A DNA stretch of 64,000 nucleotides from the human T2T-CHM13v2.0 reference genome, Homo sapiens. The stretch lies in the NCBI RefSeq assembly GCF_009914755.1, contig NC_060946.1. One strand, given 5' to 3'. Below the pieces are notes generated by a model that had not been told where the DNA came from, ran no database searches, and was given only the letters and a program-made list of their open reading frames with translations. The position numbers and the translations under genes were made by a program. Each line of letters opens with the position of its first letter. The stretch's first letter is position 1. Positions 1 to 12,272 of this stretch are shown piece after piece.

Positions 1-17
1 CTACTTTTTATACGTAA

Positions 18-34
18 TCCCGTTTCCAACGAAA
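18..34 (-). promoter_or_regulatory. CENP-B box 1 of the HOR (repeated in every unit)
   Basis: tcccgtttccaacgaaa is the reverse complement of TTTCGTTGGAAACGGGA, a perfect match to YTTCGTTGGAARCGGGA. Confidence 0.97.
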
Positions 35-359
35 TCCTCCAAGCTATCCAAATATCCACTTGCAGATTCCACAGAAAGACTGTTTCAAAACTGCTCTGTC
101 AATAGAAAGGTTCAACTCTGTTAGCTGCGTGCATATATCCCAAAGAAGATTCTGAGATTGCTTCTGTCTAGTTTTTATGGGAAGATATTTCCCTTTTCAC
201 CGTAGGTGTCAAGGCGCTCCAAATGTCCACTTCCAGATACTACAAAAAGAGTGTTTCAAACCTACTCTGTGAAAAGGAATATTCAACTCTGTGACTTGAA
301 TGCAGATATCACAAAGAAGTTTCTGAGAATGCTTCTGTCGAGATTTTATATGAAGATAT

Positions 360-376
360 TCCCGTTTCCAACGAAA
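360..376 (-). promoter_or_regulatory. CENP-B box 2 of the HOR (repeated in every unit)
   Basis: Perfect tcccgtttccaacgaaa, 342 bp after box 1. Confidence 0.97.
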
Positions 377-701
377 TCCTGAAATCTATCCAAATATCCC
401 CTCGCAGATTCTACAAAAAGAGTGTTTCAAAACTGCTCTGTAAAAAGAAAGGTTCAACTCTGTTAGTTGAGTACACACATCACAAACAAGTTTCACAGAA
501 TGCTTCTTTCTAGCTTGTAGGGGAAGATATTCCCTTTATCACCATGGGCCTCCAACCGTCCGAAACGTCCACTTCCATATACTACAAAAAGAGCGTTTCA
601 AACCTGCTCTAGGAAAGGCAATGTTCAACTCTGTGACTTGAATGCAGACATCACAGAGCAGTTTCTGAGAATGCTTCTGTCTAGATTTTATAGGAAGATA
701 T

Positions 702-718
702 TCCCGTTTCCAACGAAA
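702..718 (-). promoter_or_regulatory. CENP-B box 3 of the HOR (repeated in every unit)
   Basis: Perfect tcccgtttccaacgaaa, 342 bp after box 2. Confidence 0.97.
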
Positions 719-872
719 TCTTCACAGCTATCCAAATATCCACTTGCAGATTCTACAAAAAGAGTGTATCAAAACTGCTCTGTCAAAAGGAAGGTTCTTC
801 TCTGTTAGGTGAGTGCATACGTCATAAAGGAGTTTCTGAGAATGTTTCTGTCTAGTGGTTATGGGAAGATAT

Positions 873-889
873 TTCCTTTTTCACCGTAG
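873..889 (+). promoter_or_regulatory. A-box / pJ-alpha motif in an A-type monomer; degenerate versions occupy the equivalent position in the other A monomers
   Basis: ttcctttttcaccgtag matches TTCCTTTTYCACCRTAG and lies 171 bp from the flanking CENP-B boxes (702, 1044). Confidence 0.75.
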
Positions 890-1043
890 GCCTCAGAGCG
901 CTCCAAATATCCACTTGCACATACTACAAAAAGAGTGCCTCAAAGCTGCTCTTTGAAACGGAATGTTCAACTCTATGAGTTGAATGCAAACATCACAAAG
1001 ACGTTTCTGAGAATGCTTCTGTCTAGATTTGATATGAAGATAT

Positions 1044-1060
1044 TCCCGTTTCCAACGAAA
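1044..1060 (-). promoter_or_regulatory. CENP-B box 4 of the HOR (fused with box 3 in the 6-mer variants)
   Basis: Perfect tcccgtttccaacgaaa, 342 bp after box 3. About 188 box positions in the window, five of which I found mutated. Confidence 0.97.
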
Positions 1061-4000
1061 TCTTCAAATCTATCCAAATGTCCACTTGCAGATTCAACAA
1101 AAAGTGTTTTTCAGAACTGCTCTATCAAAAGAAAGATCCACATCTGTTAGCTGAGTTCACACATCACAAACAAGTTTATGAGAATGCTTCTGTCTAGTTT
1201 TTATTTGAAGATATTTCCTTTCTCACCATAGACCTGAAAGCTGTCCTAATGTTCACTTCCAGATACTACAGAAAGAGTGTTTCAAAACTGCTGTATGAAA
1301 GGGAATGTTCAACTCTGTGACTTGAATGCACACATCACAAAGAAGTTTCTGAGGATGCTGCTGTCTACTTTTTATATGTAATCCCGTTTCCAACGAAATC
1401 CTCCAAGCTATCCAAATATCCACTTGCAGATTCCACAGAAAGACTGTTTCAAAACTGCTCTGTCAATAGAAAGGTTCAACTCTGTTAGCTGCGTGCATAT
1501 ATCCCAAAGAAGATTCTGAGATTGCTTCTGTCTAGTTTTTATGGGAAGATATTTCCCTTTTCACCGTAGGCGTCAAGGCGCTCCAAATGTCCACTTCCAG
1601 ATACTACAAAAAGAGTGTTTCAAACCTACTCTGTGAAAGGGAATATTCAACTCTGTGACTTGAATGCACATATCACAAAGAAGTTTCTGATAATGCTTCT
1701 GTCGAGATTTTATATGAAGATATTCCCGTTTCCAACGAAATCCTGAAATCTATCCAAATATCCCCTCGCAGATTCTACAAAAAGAGTGTTTCAAAACTGC
1801 TCTGTAAAAAGAAAGGTTCAACTCTGTTAGTTGAGTACACACATCACAAACAAGTTTCACAGAATGCTTCTTTCTAGCTTGTAGGGGAAGATATTCCCTT
1901 TATCACCATGGGCCTCCAACCGTCCGAAACGTCCACTTCCATATACTACCAAAAGAGCGTTTCAAACCTGCTCTAGGAAAGGCAATGTTCAACTCTGTGA
2001 CTTGAATGCAGACATCACAGAGCAGTTTCTGAGAATGCTTCTGTCTAGATTTTATAGGAAGATATTCCCGTTTCCAACGAAATCTTCACAGCTATCCAAA
2101 TATCCACTTGCAGATTCTACAAAAAGAGTGTATCAAAACTGCTCTGTCAAAAGGAAGGTTCTTCTCTGTTAGGTGAGTGCATACGTCATAAAGGAGTTTC
2201 TGAGAATGTTTCTGTCTAGTGGTTATGGGAAGATATTTGCTTTTTCACCGTAGGCCTCAGAGCGCTCCAAATATCCACTTGCACATACTACAAAAAGAGT
2301 GCCTCAAAGCTGCTCTCTGAAACGGAATGTTCAACTCTATGAGTTGAATGCAAACATCACAAAGACGTTTCTGAGAATGCTTCTGTCTAGATTTGATATG
2401 AAGATATTCCCGTTTCCAACGAAATCTTCAAATCTATCCAAATGTCCACTTGCAGATTCAACAAAAAGTGTTTTTCAGAACTGCTCTATCAAAAGAAAGA
2501 TCCACCTCTGTTAGCTGAGTTCACACATCCAAACAAGTTTATGAGAATGCTTCTGTCTAGTTTTTATTTGAAGATATTTCCTTTCTCACCATAGACCTGA
2601 AAGCTGTCCTAATGTTCACTTCCAGATACTACAGAAAGAGTGTTTCAAAACTGCTGTACGAAAGGGAATGTTCAACTCTGTGACTTGAATGCACACATCA
2701 CAAAGAAGTTTCTGAGGATGCTGCTGTCTACTTTTTATACGTAATCCCGTTTCCAACGAAATCCTCCAAGCTATCCAAATATCCACTTGCAGATTCCACA
2801 GAAAGACTGTTTCAAAACTGCTCTGTCAATAGAAAGGTTCAACTCTGTTAGCTGCGTGCATATATCCCAAAGAAGATTCTGAGATTGCTTCTGTCTAGTT
2901 TTTATGGGAAGATATTTCCCTTTTCACCGTAGGTGTCAAGGCGCTCCAAATGTCCACTTCCAGATACTACAAAAAGAGTGTTTCAAACCTACTCTGTGAA
3001 AAGGAATATTCAACTCTGTGACTTGAATGCAGATATCACAAAGAAGTTTCTGAGAATGCTTCTGTCGAGATTTTATATGAAGATATTCCCGTTTCCAACG
3101 AAATCCTGAAATCTATCCAAATATCCCCTCGCAGATTCTACAAAAAGAGTGTTTCAAAACTGCTCTGTAAAAAGAAAGGTTCAACTCTGTTAGTTGAGTA
3201 CACACATCACAAACAAGTTTCACAGAATGCTTCTTTCTAGCTTGTAGGGGAAGATATTCCCTTTATCACCATGGGCCTCCAACCGTCCGAAACGTCCACT
3301 TCCATATACTACAAAAAGAGCGTTTCAAACCTGCTCTAGGAAAGGCAATGTTCAACTCTGTGACTTGAATGCAGACATCACAGAGCAGTTTCTGAGAATG
3401 CTTCTGTCTAGATTTTATAGGAAGATATTCCCGTTTCCAACGAAATCTTCACAGCTATCCAAATATCCACTTGCAGATTCTACAAAAAGAGTGTATCAAA
3501 ACTGCTCTGTCAAAAGGAAGGTTCTTCTCTGTTAGGTGAGTGCATACGTCATAAAGGAGTTTCTGAGAATGTTTCTGTCTAGTGGTTATGGGAAGATATT
3601 TGCTTTTTCACCGTAGGCCTCAGAGCGCTCCAAATATCCACTTGCACATACTACAAAAAGAGTGCCTCAAAGCTGCTCTCTGAAACGGAATGTTCAACTC
3701 TATGAGTTGAATGCAAACATCACAAAGACGTTTCTGAGAATGCTTCTGTCTAGATTTGATATGAAGATATTCCCGTTTCCAACGAAATCTTCAAATCTAT
3801 CCAAATGTCCACTTGCAGATTCAACAAAAAGTGTTTTTCAGAACTGCTCTATCAAAAGAAAGATCCACCTCTGTTAGCTGAGTTCACACATCCAAACAAG
3901 TTTATGAGAATGCTTCTGTCTAGTTTTTATTTGAAGATATTTCCTTTCTCACCATAGACCTGAAAGCTGTCCTAATGTTCACTTCCAGATACTACAGAAA

Positions 4001-7000
4001 GAGTGTTTCAAAACTGCTGTACGAAAGGGAATGTTCAACTCTGTGACTTGAATGCACACATCACAAAGAAGTTTCTGAGGATGCTGCTGTCTACTTTTTA
4101 TACGTAATCCCGTTTCCAACGAAATCCTCCAAGCTATCCAAATATCCACTTGCAGATTCCACAGAAAGACTGTTTCAAAACTGCTCTGTCAATAGAAAGG
4201 TTCAACTCTGTTAGCTGCGTGCATATATCCCAAAGAAGATTCTGAGATTGCTTCTGTCTAGTTTTTATGGGAAGATATTTCCCTTTTCACCGTAGGTGTC
4301 AAGGCGCTCCAAATGTCCACTTCCAGATACTACAAAAAGAGTGTTTCAAACCTACTCTGTGAAAAGGAATATTCAACTCTGTGACTTGAATGCAGATATC
4401 ACAAAGAAGTTTCTGAGAATGCTTCTGTCGAGATTTTATATGAAGATATTCCCGTTTCCAACGAAATCCTGAAATCTATCCAAATATCCCCTCGCAGATT
4501 CTACAAAAAGAGTGTTTCAAAACTGCTCTGTAAAAAGAAAGGTTCAACTCTGTTAGTTGAGTACACACATCACAAACAAGTTTCACAGAATGCTTCTTTC
4601 TAGCTTGTAGGGGAAGATATTCCCTTTATCACCATGGGCCTCCAACCGTCCGAAACGTCCACTTCCATATACTACCAAAAGAGCGTTTCAAACCTGCTCT
4701 AGGAAAGGCAATGTTCAACTCTGTGACTTGAATGCAGACATCACAGAGCAGTTTCTGAGAATGCTTCTGTCTAGATTTTATAGGAAGATATTCCCGTTTC
4801 CAACGAAATCTTCACAGCTATCCAAATATCCACTTGCAGATTCTACAAAAAGAGTGTATCAAAACTGCTCTGTCAAAAGGAAGGTTCTTCTCTGTTAGGT
4901 GAGTGCATACGTCATAAAGGAGTTTCTGAGAATGTTTCTGTCTAGTGGTTATGGGAAGATATTTGCTTTTTCACCGTAGGCCTCAGAGCGCTCCAAATAT
5001 CCACTTGCACATACTACAAAAAGAGTGCCTCAAAGCTGCTCTCTGAAACGGAATGTTCAACTCTATGAGTTGAATGCAAACATCACAAAGACGTTTCTGA
5101 GAATGCTTCTGTCTAGATTTGATATGAAGATATTCCCGTTTCCAACGAAATCTTCAAATCTATCCAAATGTCCACTTGCAGATTCAACAAAAAGTGTTTT
5201 TCAGAACTGCTCTATCAAAAGAAAGATCCACCTCTGTTAGCTGAGTTCACACATCCAAACAAGTTTATGAGAATGCTTCTGTCTAGTTTTTATTTGAAGA
5301 TATTTCCTTTCTCACCATAGACCTGAAAGCTGTCCTAATGTTCACTTCCAGATACTACAGAAAGAGTGTTTCAAAACTGCTGTACGAAAGGGAATGTTCA
5401 ACTCTGTGACTTGAATGCACACATCACAAAGAAGTTTCTGAGGATGCTGCTGTCTACTTTTTATACGTAATCCCGTTTCCAACGAAATCCTCCAAGCTAT
5501 CCAAATATCCACTTGCAGATTCCACAGAAAGACTGTTTCAAAACTGCTCTGTCAATAGAAAGGTTCAACTCTGTTAGCTGCGTGCATATATCCCAAAGAA
5601 GATTCTGAGATTGCTTCTGTCTAGTTTTTATGGGAAGATATTTCCCTTTTCACCGTAGGTGTCAAGGCGCTCCAAATGTCCACTTCCAGATACTACAAAA
5701 AGAGTGTTTCAAACCTACTCTGTGAAAAGGAATATTCAACTCTGTGACTTGAATGCAGATATCACAAAGAAGTTTCTGAGAATGCTTCTGTCGAGATTTT
5801 ATATGAAGATATTCCCGTTTCCAACGAAATCCTGAAATCTATCCAAATATCCCCTCGCAGATTCTACAAAAAGAGTGTTTCAAAACTGCTCTGTAAAAAG
5901 AAAGGTTCAACTCTGTTAGTTGAGTACACACATCACAAACAAGTTTCACAGAATGCTTCTTTCTAGCTTGTAGGGGAAGATATTCCCTTTATCACCATGG
6001 GCCTCCAACCGTCCGAAACGTCCACTTCCATATACTACAAAAAGAGCGTTTCAAACCTGCTCTAGGAAAGGCAATGTTCAACTCTGTGACTTGAATGCAG
6101 ACATCACAGAGCAGTTTCTGAGAATGCTTCTGTCTAGATTTTATAGGAAGATATTCCCGTTTCCAACGAAATCTTCACAGCTATCCAAATATCCACTTGC
6201 AGATTCTACAAAAAGAGTGTATCAAAACTGCTCTGTCAAAAGGAAGGTTCTTCTCTGTTAGGTGAGTGCATACGTCATAAAGGAGTTTCTGAGAATGTTT
6301 CTGTCTAGTGGTTATGGGAAGATATTTCCTTTTTCACCGTAGGCCTCAGAGCGCTCCAAATATCCACTTGCACATACTACAAAAAGAGTGCCTCAAAGCT
6401 GCTCTTTGAAACGGAATGTTCAACTCTATGAGTTGAATGCAAACATCACAAAGACGTTTCTGAGAATGCTTCTGTCTAGATTTGATATGAAGATATTCCC
6501 GTTTCCAACGAAATCTTCAAATCTATCCAAATGTCCACTTGCAGATTCAACAAAAAGTGTTTTTCAGAACTGCTCTATCAAAAGAAAGATCCACATCTGT
6601 TAGCTGAGTTCACACATCACAAACAAGTTTATGAGAATGCTTCTGTCTAGTTTTTATTTGAAGATATTTCCTTTCTCACCATAGACCTGAAAGCTGTCCT
6701 AATGTTCACTTCCAGATACTACAGAAAGAGTGTTTCAAAACTGCTGTATGAAAGGGAATGTTGAACTCTGTGACTTGAATGCACACATCACAAAGAAGTT
6801 TCTGAGGATGCTGCTGTCTACTTTTTATATGTAATCCCGTTTCCAACGAAATCCTCCAAGCTATCCAAATATCCACTTGCAGATTCCACAGAAAGACTGT
6901 TTCAAAACTGCTCTGTCAATAGAAAGGTTCAACTCTGTTAGCTGCGTGCATATATCCCAAAGAAGATTCTGAGATTGCTTCTGTCTAGTTTTTATGGGAA

Positions 7001-10000
7001 GATATTTCCCTTTTCACCGTAGGCGTCAAGGCGCTCCAAATGTCCACTTCCAGATACTACAAAAAGAGTGTTTCAAACCTACTCTGTGAAAGGGAATATT
7101 CAACTCTGTGACTTGAATGCACATATCACAAAGAAGTTTCTGATAATGCTTCTGTCGAGATTTTATATGAAGATATTCCCGTTTCCAACGAAATCCTGAA
7201 ATCTATCCAAATATCCCCTCGCAGATTCTACAAAAAGAGTGTTTCAAAACTGTTCTGTAAAAAGAAAGGTTCAACTCTGTTAGTTGAGTACACACATCAC
7301 AAACAAGTATCACAGAATGCTTCTTTCTAGCTTGTAGGGGAAGATATTCCCTTTATCACCATGGGCCTCAAACCGTCCGAAACGTCCACTTCCATATACT
7401 TCAAAAAGAGCGTTTCAAACCTGCTCTATGAAAGGCAATGTTCAACTCTGTGACTTGAATGCAGACATCACAGAGCTGTTTATGAGAATGCTTCTGTCTA
7501 GATTTTATAGGATGATATTCCCGTTTCCAACGAAATCTTCACAGCTATCCAAATATCCACTTGCAGATTCTACAAAAAGAGTGTATCCAAACTGCTCTGG
7601 CAAAAGGAAGGTTCTTCTCTGTTAGGTGAGTGCATACGTCATAAAGGAGTTTCTGAGAATGTTTCTGTCTAGTGGTTATGGGAAGATATTTGCTTTTTCA
7701 CCGTAGGCCTCAGAGCGCTCCAAATATCCACTTGCACATACTACAAAAAGAGTGCCTCAAAGCTGCTCTCTGAAATGGAATGTTCAACTCTATGAGTTGA
7801 ATGCAAACATCACAAAGACGTTTCTGAGAATGCTTCTGTCTAGATTTGATATGAAGATATTCCCGTTTCCAACGAAATCTTCAAATCTATCCAAATGTCC
7901 ACTTGCAGATTCAACAAAAAGTGTTTTTCAGAACTGCTCTATCAAAAGAAAGATCCACCTCTGTTAGCTGAGTTCACACATCCAAACAAGTTTATGAGAA
8001 TGCTTCTGTCTAGTTTTTATTTGAAGATATTTCCTTTCTCACCATAGACCTGAAAGCTGTCCTAATGTTCACTTCCAGATACTACAGAAAGAGTGTTTCA
8101 AAACTGCTGTACGAAAGGGAATGTTCAACTCTGTGACTTGAATGCACACATCACAAAGAAGTTTCTGAGGATGCTGCTGTCTACTTTTTATACGTAATCC
8201 CGTTTCCAACGAAATCCTCCAAGCTATCCAAATATCCACTTGCAGATTCCACAGAAAGACTGTTTCAAAACTGCTCTGTCAATAGAAAGGTTCAACTCTG
8301 TTAGCTGCGTGCATATATCCCAAAGAAGATTCTGAGATTGCTTCTGTCTAGTTTTTATGGGAAGATATTTCCCTTTTCACCGTAGGCGTCAAGGCGCTCC
8401 AAATGTCCACTTCCAGATACTACAAAAAGAGTGTTTCAAACCTACTCTGTGAAAGGGAATATTCAACTCTGTGACTTGAATGCACATATCACAAAGAAGT
8501 TTCTGATAATGCTTCTGTCGAGATTTTATATGAAGATATTCCCGTTTCCAACGAAATCCTGAAATCTATCCAAATATCCCCTCGCAGATTCTACAAAAAG
8601 AGTGTTTCAAAACTGCTCTGTAAAAAGAAAGGTTCAACTCTGTTAGTTGAGTACACACATCACAAACAAGTTTCACAGAATGCTTCTTTCTAGCTTGTAG
8701 GGGAAGATATTCCCTTTATCACCATGGGCCTCCAACCGTCCGAAACATCCACTTCCATATACTACAAAAAGAGCGTTTCAAACCTGCTCTATGAAAGGCA
8801 ATGTTCAACTCTGTGACTTGAATGCAGACATCACAGAGCAGTTTCTGAGAATGCTTCTGTCTAGATTTTATAGGAAGATATTCCCGTTTCCAACGAAATC
8901 TTCACAGCTATCCAAATATCCACTTGCAGATTCTACAAAAGGAGTGTATCAAAACTGCTCTGTCAAAAGGAAGGTTCTTCTCTGTTAGGTGAGTGCATAC
9001 GTCATAAAGGAGTTTCTGAGAATGTTTCTGTCTAGTGGTTATGGGAAGATATTTGCTTTTTCACCGTAGGCCTCAGAGCGCTCCAAATATCCACTTGCAC
9101 ATACTACAAAAAGAGTGCCTCAAAGCTGCTCTCTGAAACGGAATGTTCAACTCTATGAGTTGAATGCAAACATCACAAAGACGTTTCTGAGAATGCTTCT
9201 GTCTAGATTTGATATGAAGATATTCCCGTTTCCAACGAAATCTTCAAATCTATCCAAATGTCCACTTGCAGATTCAACAAAAAGTGTTTTTCAGAACTGC
9301 TCTATCAAAAGAAAGATCCACCTCTGTTAGCTGAGTTCACACATCACAAACAAGTTTATGAGAATGCTTCTGTCTAGTTTTTATTTGAAGATATTTCCTT
9401 TCTCACCATAGACCTGAAAGCTGTCCTAATGTTCACTTCCAGATACTACAGAAAGAGTGTTTCAAAACTGCTGTACGAAAGGGAATGTTCAACTCTGTGA
9501 CTTGAATGCACACATCACAAAGAAGTTTCTGAGGATGCTGCTGTCTACTTTTTATACGTAATCCCGTTTCCAACGAAATCCTCCAAGCTATCCAAATATC
9601 CACTTGCAGATTCCACAGAAAGACTGTTTCAAAACTGCTCTGTCAATAGAAAGGTTCAACTCTGTTAGCTGCGTGCATATATCCCAAAGAAGATTCTGAG
9701 ATTCCTTCTGTCTAGTTTTTATGGGAAGATATTTCCCTTTTCACCGTAGGCGTCAAGGCGCTCCAAATGTCCACTTCCAGATACTACAAAAAGAGTGTTT
9801 CAAACCTACTCTGTGAAAGCGAATATTCAACTCTGTGACTTGAATGCACATATCACAAAGAAGTTTCTGAGAATGCTTCTGTCGAGATTTTATATGAAGA
9901 TATTCCCGTTTCCAACGAAATCCTGAAATCTATCCAAATATCCCCTCGCAGATTCTACAAAAAGAGTGTTTCAAAACTGCTCTGTAAAAAGAAAGGTTCA

Positions 10001-12272
10001 ACTCTGTTAGTTGAGTACACACATCACAAACAAGTTTCACAGAATGCTTCTTTCTAGCTTGTAGGGGAAGATATTCCCTTTATCACCATGGTCCTCAAAC
10101 CGTCCGAAACGTCCACTTCCATATACTACAAAAAGAGCGTTTCAAACCTGCTCTAGGAAAGGCAATGTTCAACTCTGTGACTTGAATGCAGACATCACAG
10201 AGCAGTTTCTGAGAATGCTTCTGTCTAGATTTTATAGGAAGATATTCCCGTTTCCAACGAAATCTTCACAGCTATCCAAATATCCACTTGCAGATTCTAC
10301 AAAAAGAGTGTATCAAAACTGCTCTGTCAAAAGGAAGGTTCTTCTCTGTTAGGTGAGTGCATACGTCATAAAGGAGTTTCTGAGAATGTTTCTGTCTAGT
10401 GGTTATGGGAAGATATTTGCTTTTTCACCGTAGGCCTCAGAGCGCTCCAAATATCCACTTGCACATACTACAAAAAGAGTGCCTCAAAGCTGCTCTCTGA
10501 AACGGAATGTTCAACTCTATGAGTTGAATGCAAACATCACAAAGACGTTTCTGAGAATGCTTCTGTCTAGATTTGATATGAAGATATTCCCGTTTCCAAC
10601 GAAATCTTCAAATCTATCCAAATGTCCACTTGCAGATTCAACAAAAAGTGTTTTTCAGAACTGCTGTATCAAAAGAAAGATCCACGTCTGTTAGCTGAGT
10701 TCACACATCACAAACAAGTTTATGAGAATGCTTCTGTCTAGTTTTTATTTGAAGATATTTCCTTTCTCACCATAGACCTGAAAGCTGTCCTAATGTTCAC
10801 TTCCAGATACTACAGAAAGAGTGTTTCAAAACTGCTGTACGAAAGGGAATTTTCAACCCTGTGACTTGAATGCACACATCACAAAGAAGTTTCTGAGGAT
10901 GCTGCTGTCTACTTTTTATACGTAATCCCGTTTCCAACGAAATCCTCCAAGCTATCCAAATATCCACTTGCAGATTCCACAGAAAGACTGTTTCAAAACT
11001 GCTCTGTCAATAGAAAGGTTCAACTCTGTTAGCTGCGTGCATATATCCCAAAGAAGATTCTGAGATTGCTTCTGTCTAGTTTTTATGGGAAGATATTTCC
11101 CTTTTCACCGTAGGCGTCAAGGCGCTCCAAATGTCCACTTCCAGATACTACAAAAAGAGTGTTTCAAACCTACTCTGTGAAAGGGAATATTCAACTCTGT
11201 GACTTGAATGCACATATCACAAAGAAGTTTCTGATAATGCTTCTGTCGAGATTTTATATGAAGATATTCCCGTTTCCAACGAAATCCTGAAATCTATCCA
11301 AATATCCCCTCGCAGATTCTACAAAAAGAGTGTTTCAAAACTGTTCTGTAAAAAGAAAGGTTCAACTCTGTTAGTTGAGTACACACATCACAAACAAGTA
11401 TCACAGAATGCTTCTTTCTAGCTTGTAGGGGAAGATATTCCCTTTATCACCATGGGCCTCAAACCGTCCGAAACGTCCACTTCCATATACTTCAAAAAGA
11501 GCGTTTCAAACCTGCTCTATGAAAGGCAATGTTCAACTCTGTGACTTGAATGCAGACATCACAGAGCTGTTTATGAGAATGCTTCTGTCTAGATTTTATA
11601 GGATGATATTCCCGTTTCCAACGAAATCTTCACAGCTATCCAAATATCCACTTGCAGATTCTACAAAAAGAGTGTATCCAAACTGCTCTGGCAAAAGGAA
11701 GGTTCTTCTCTGTTAGGTGAGTGCATACGTCATAAAGGAGTTTCTGAGAATGTTTCGGTCTAGTGGTTATGGGAAGATATTTGCTTTTTCACCGTAGGCC
11801 TCAGAGCGCTCCAAATATCCACTTGCACATACTACAAAAAGAGTGCCTCAAAGCTGCTCTCTGAAATGGAATGTTCAACTCTATGAGTTGAATGCAAACA
11901 TCACAAAGACGTTTCTGAGAATGCTTCTGTCTAGATTTGATATGAAGATATTCCCGTTTCCAACGAAATCTTCAAATCTATCCAAATGTCCACTTGCAGA
12001 TTCAACAAAAAGTGTTTTTCAGAACTGCTGTATCAAAAGAAAGATCCACGTCTGTTAGCTGAGTTCACACATCACAAACAAGTTTATGAGAATGCTTCTG
12101 TCTAGTTTTTATTTGAAGATATTTCCTTTCTCACCATAGACCTGAAAGCTGTCCTAATGTTCACTTCCAGATACTACAGAAAGAGTGTTTCAAAACTGCT
12201 GTACGAAAGGGAATGTTCAACTCTGTGACTTGAATGCACACATCACAAAGAAGTTTCTGAGGATGCTGCTGT

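Larger units (their letters stand above)
1..1364 (-). repeat. One representative 8-monomer HOR unit (arbitrary phase); probably the chr14/22 live HOR (alphaXT, D14Z9/D22Z1)
   Basis: Four dimers of 342+342+342+338 bp measured between CENP-B boxes (18, 360, 702, 1044, next 1382). XbaI TCTAGA at 680 and 1022, TaqI TCGA at 338, no EcoRI site seen. The unit structure is certain; the confidence value refers to the chromosome assignment, since other SF2 arrays (chr18, chr20) also have ~1.36 kb units. Confidence 0.7.

Noticed and set aside
2521-2535. 1-bp deletion (catcca) as a sequencing error
   Set aside because: It recurs 12 times at the same position, is not in a homopolymer, and tracks with specific haplotypes, so it is treated as a real variant.
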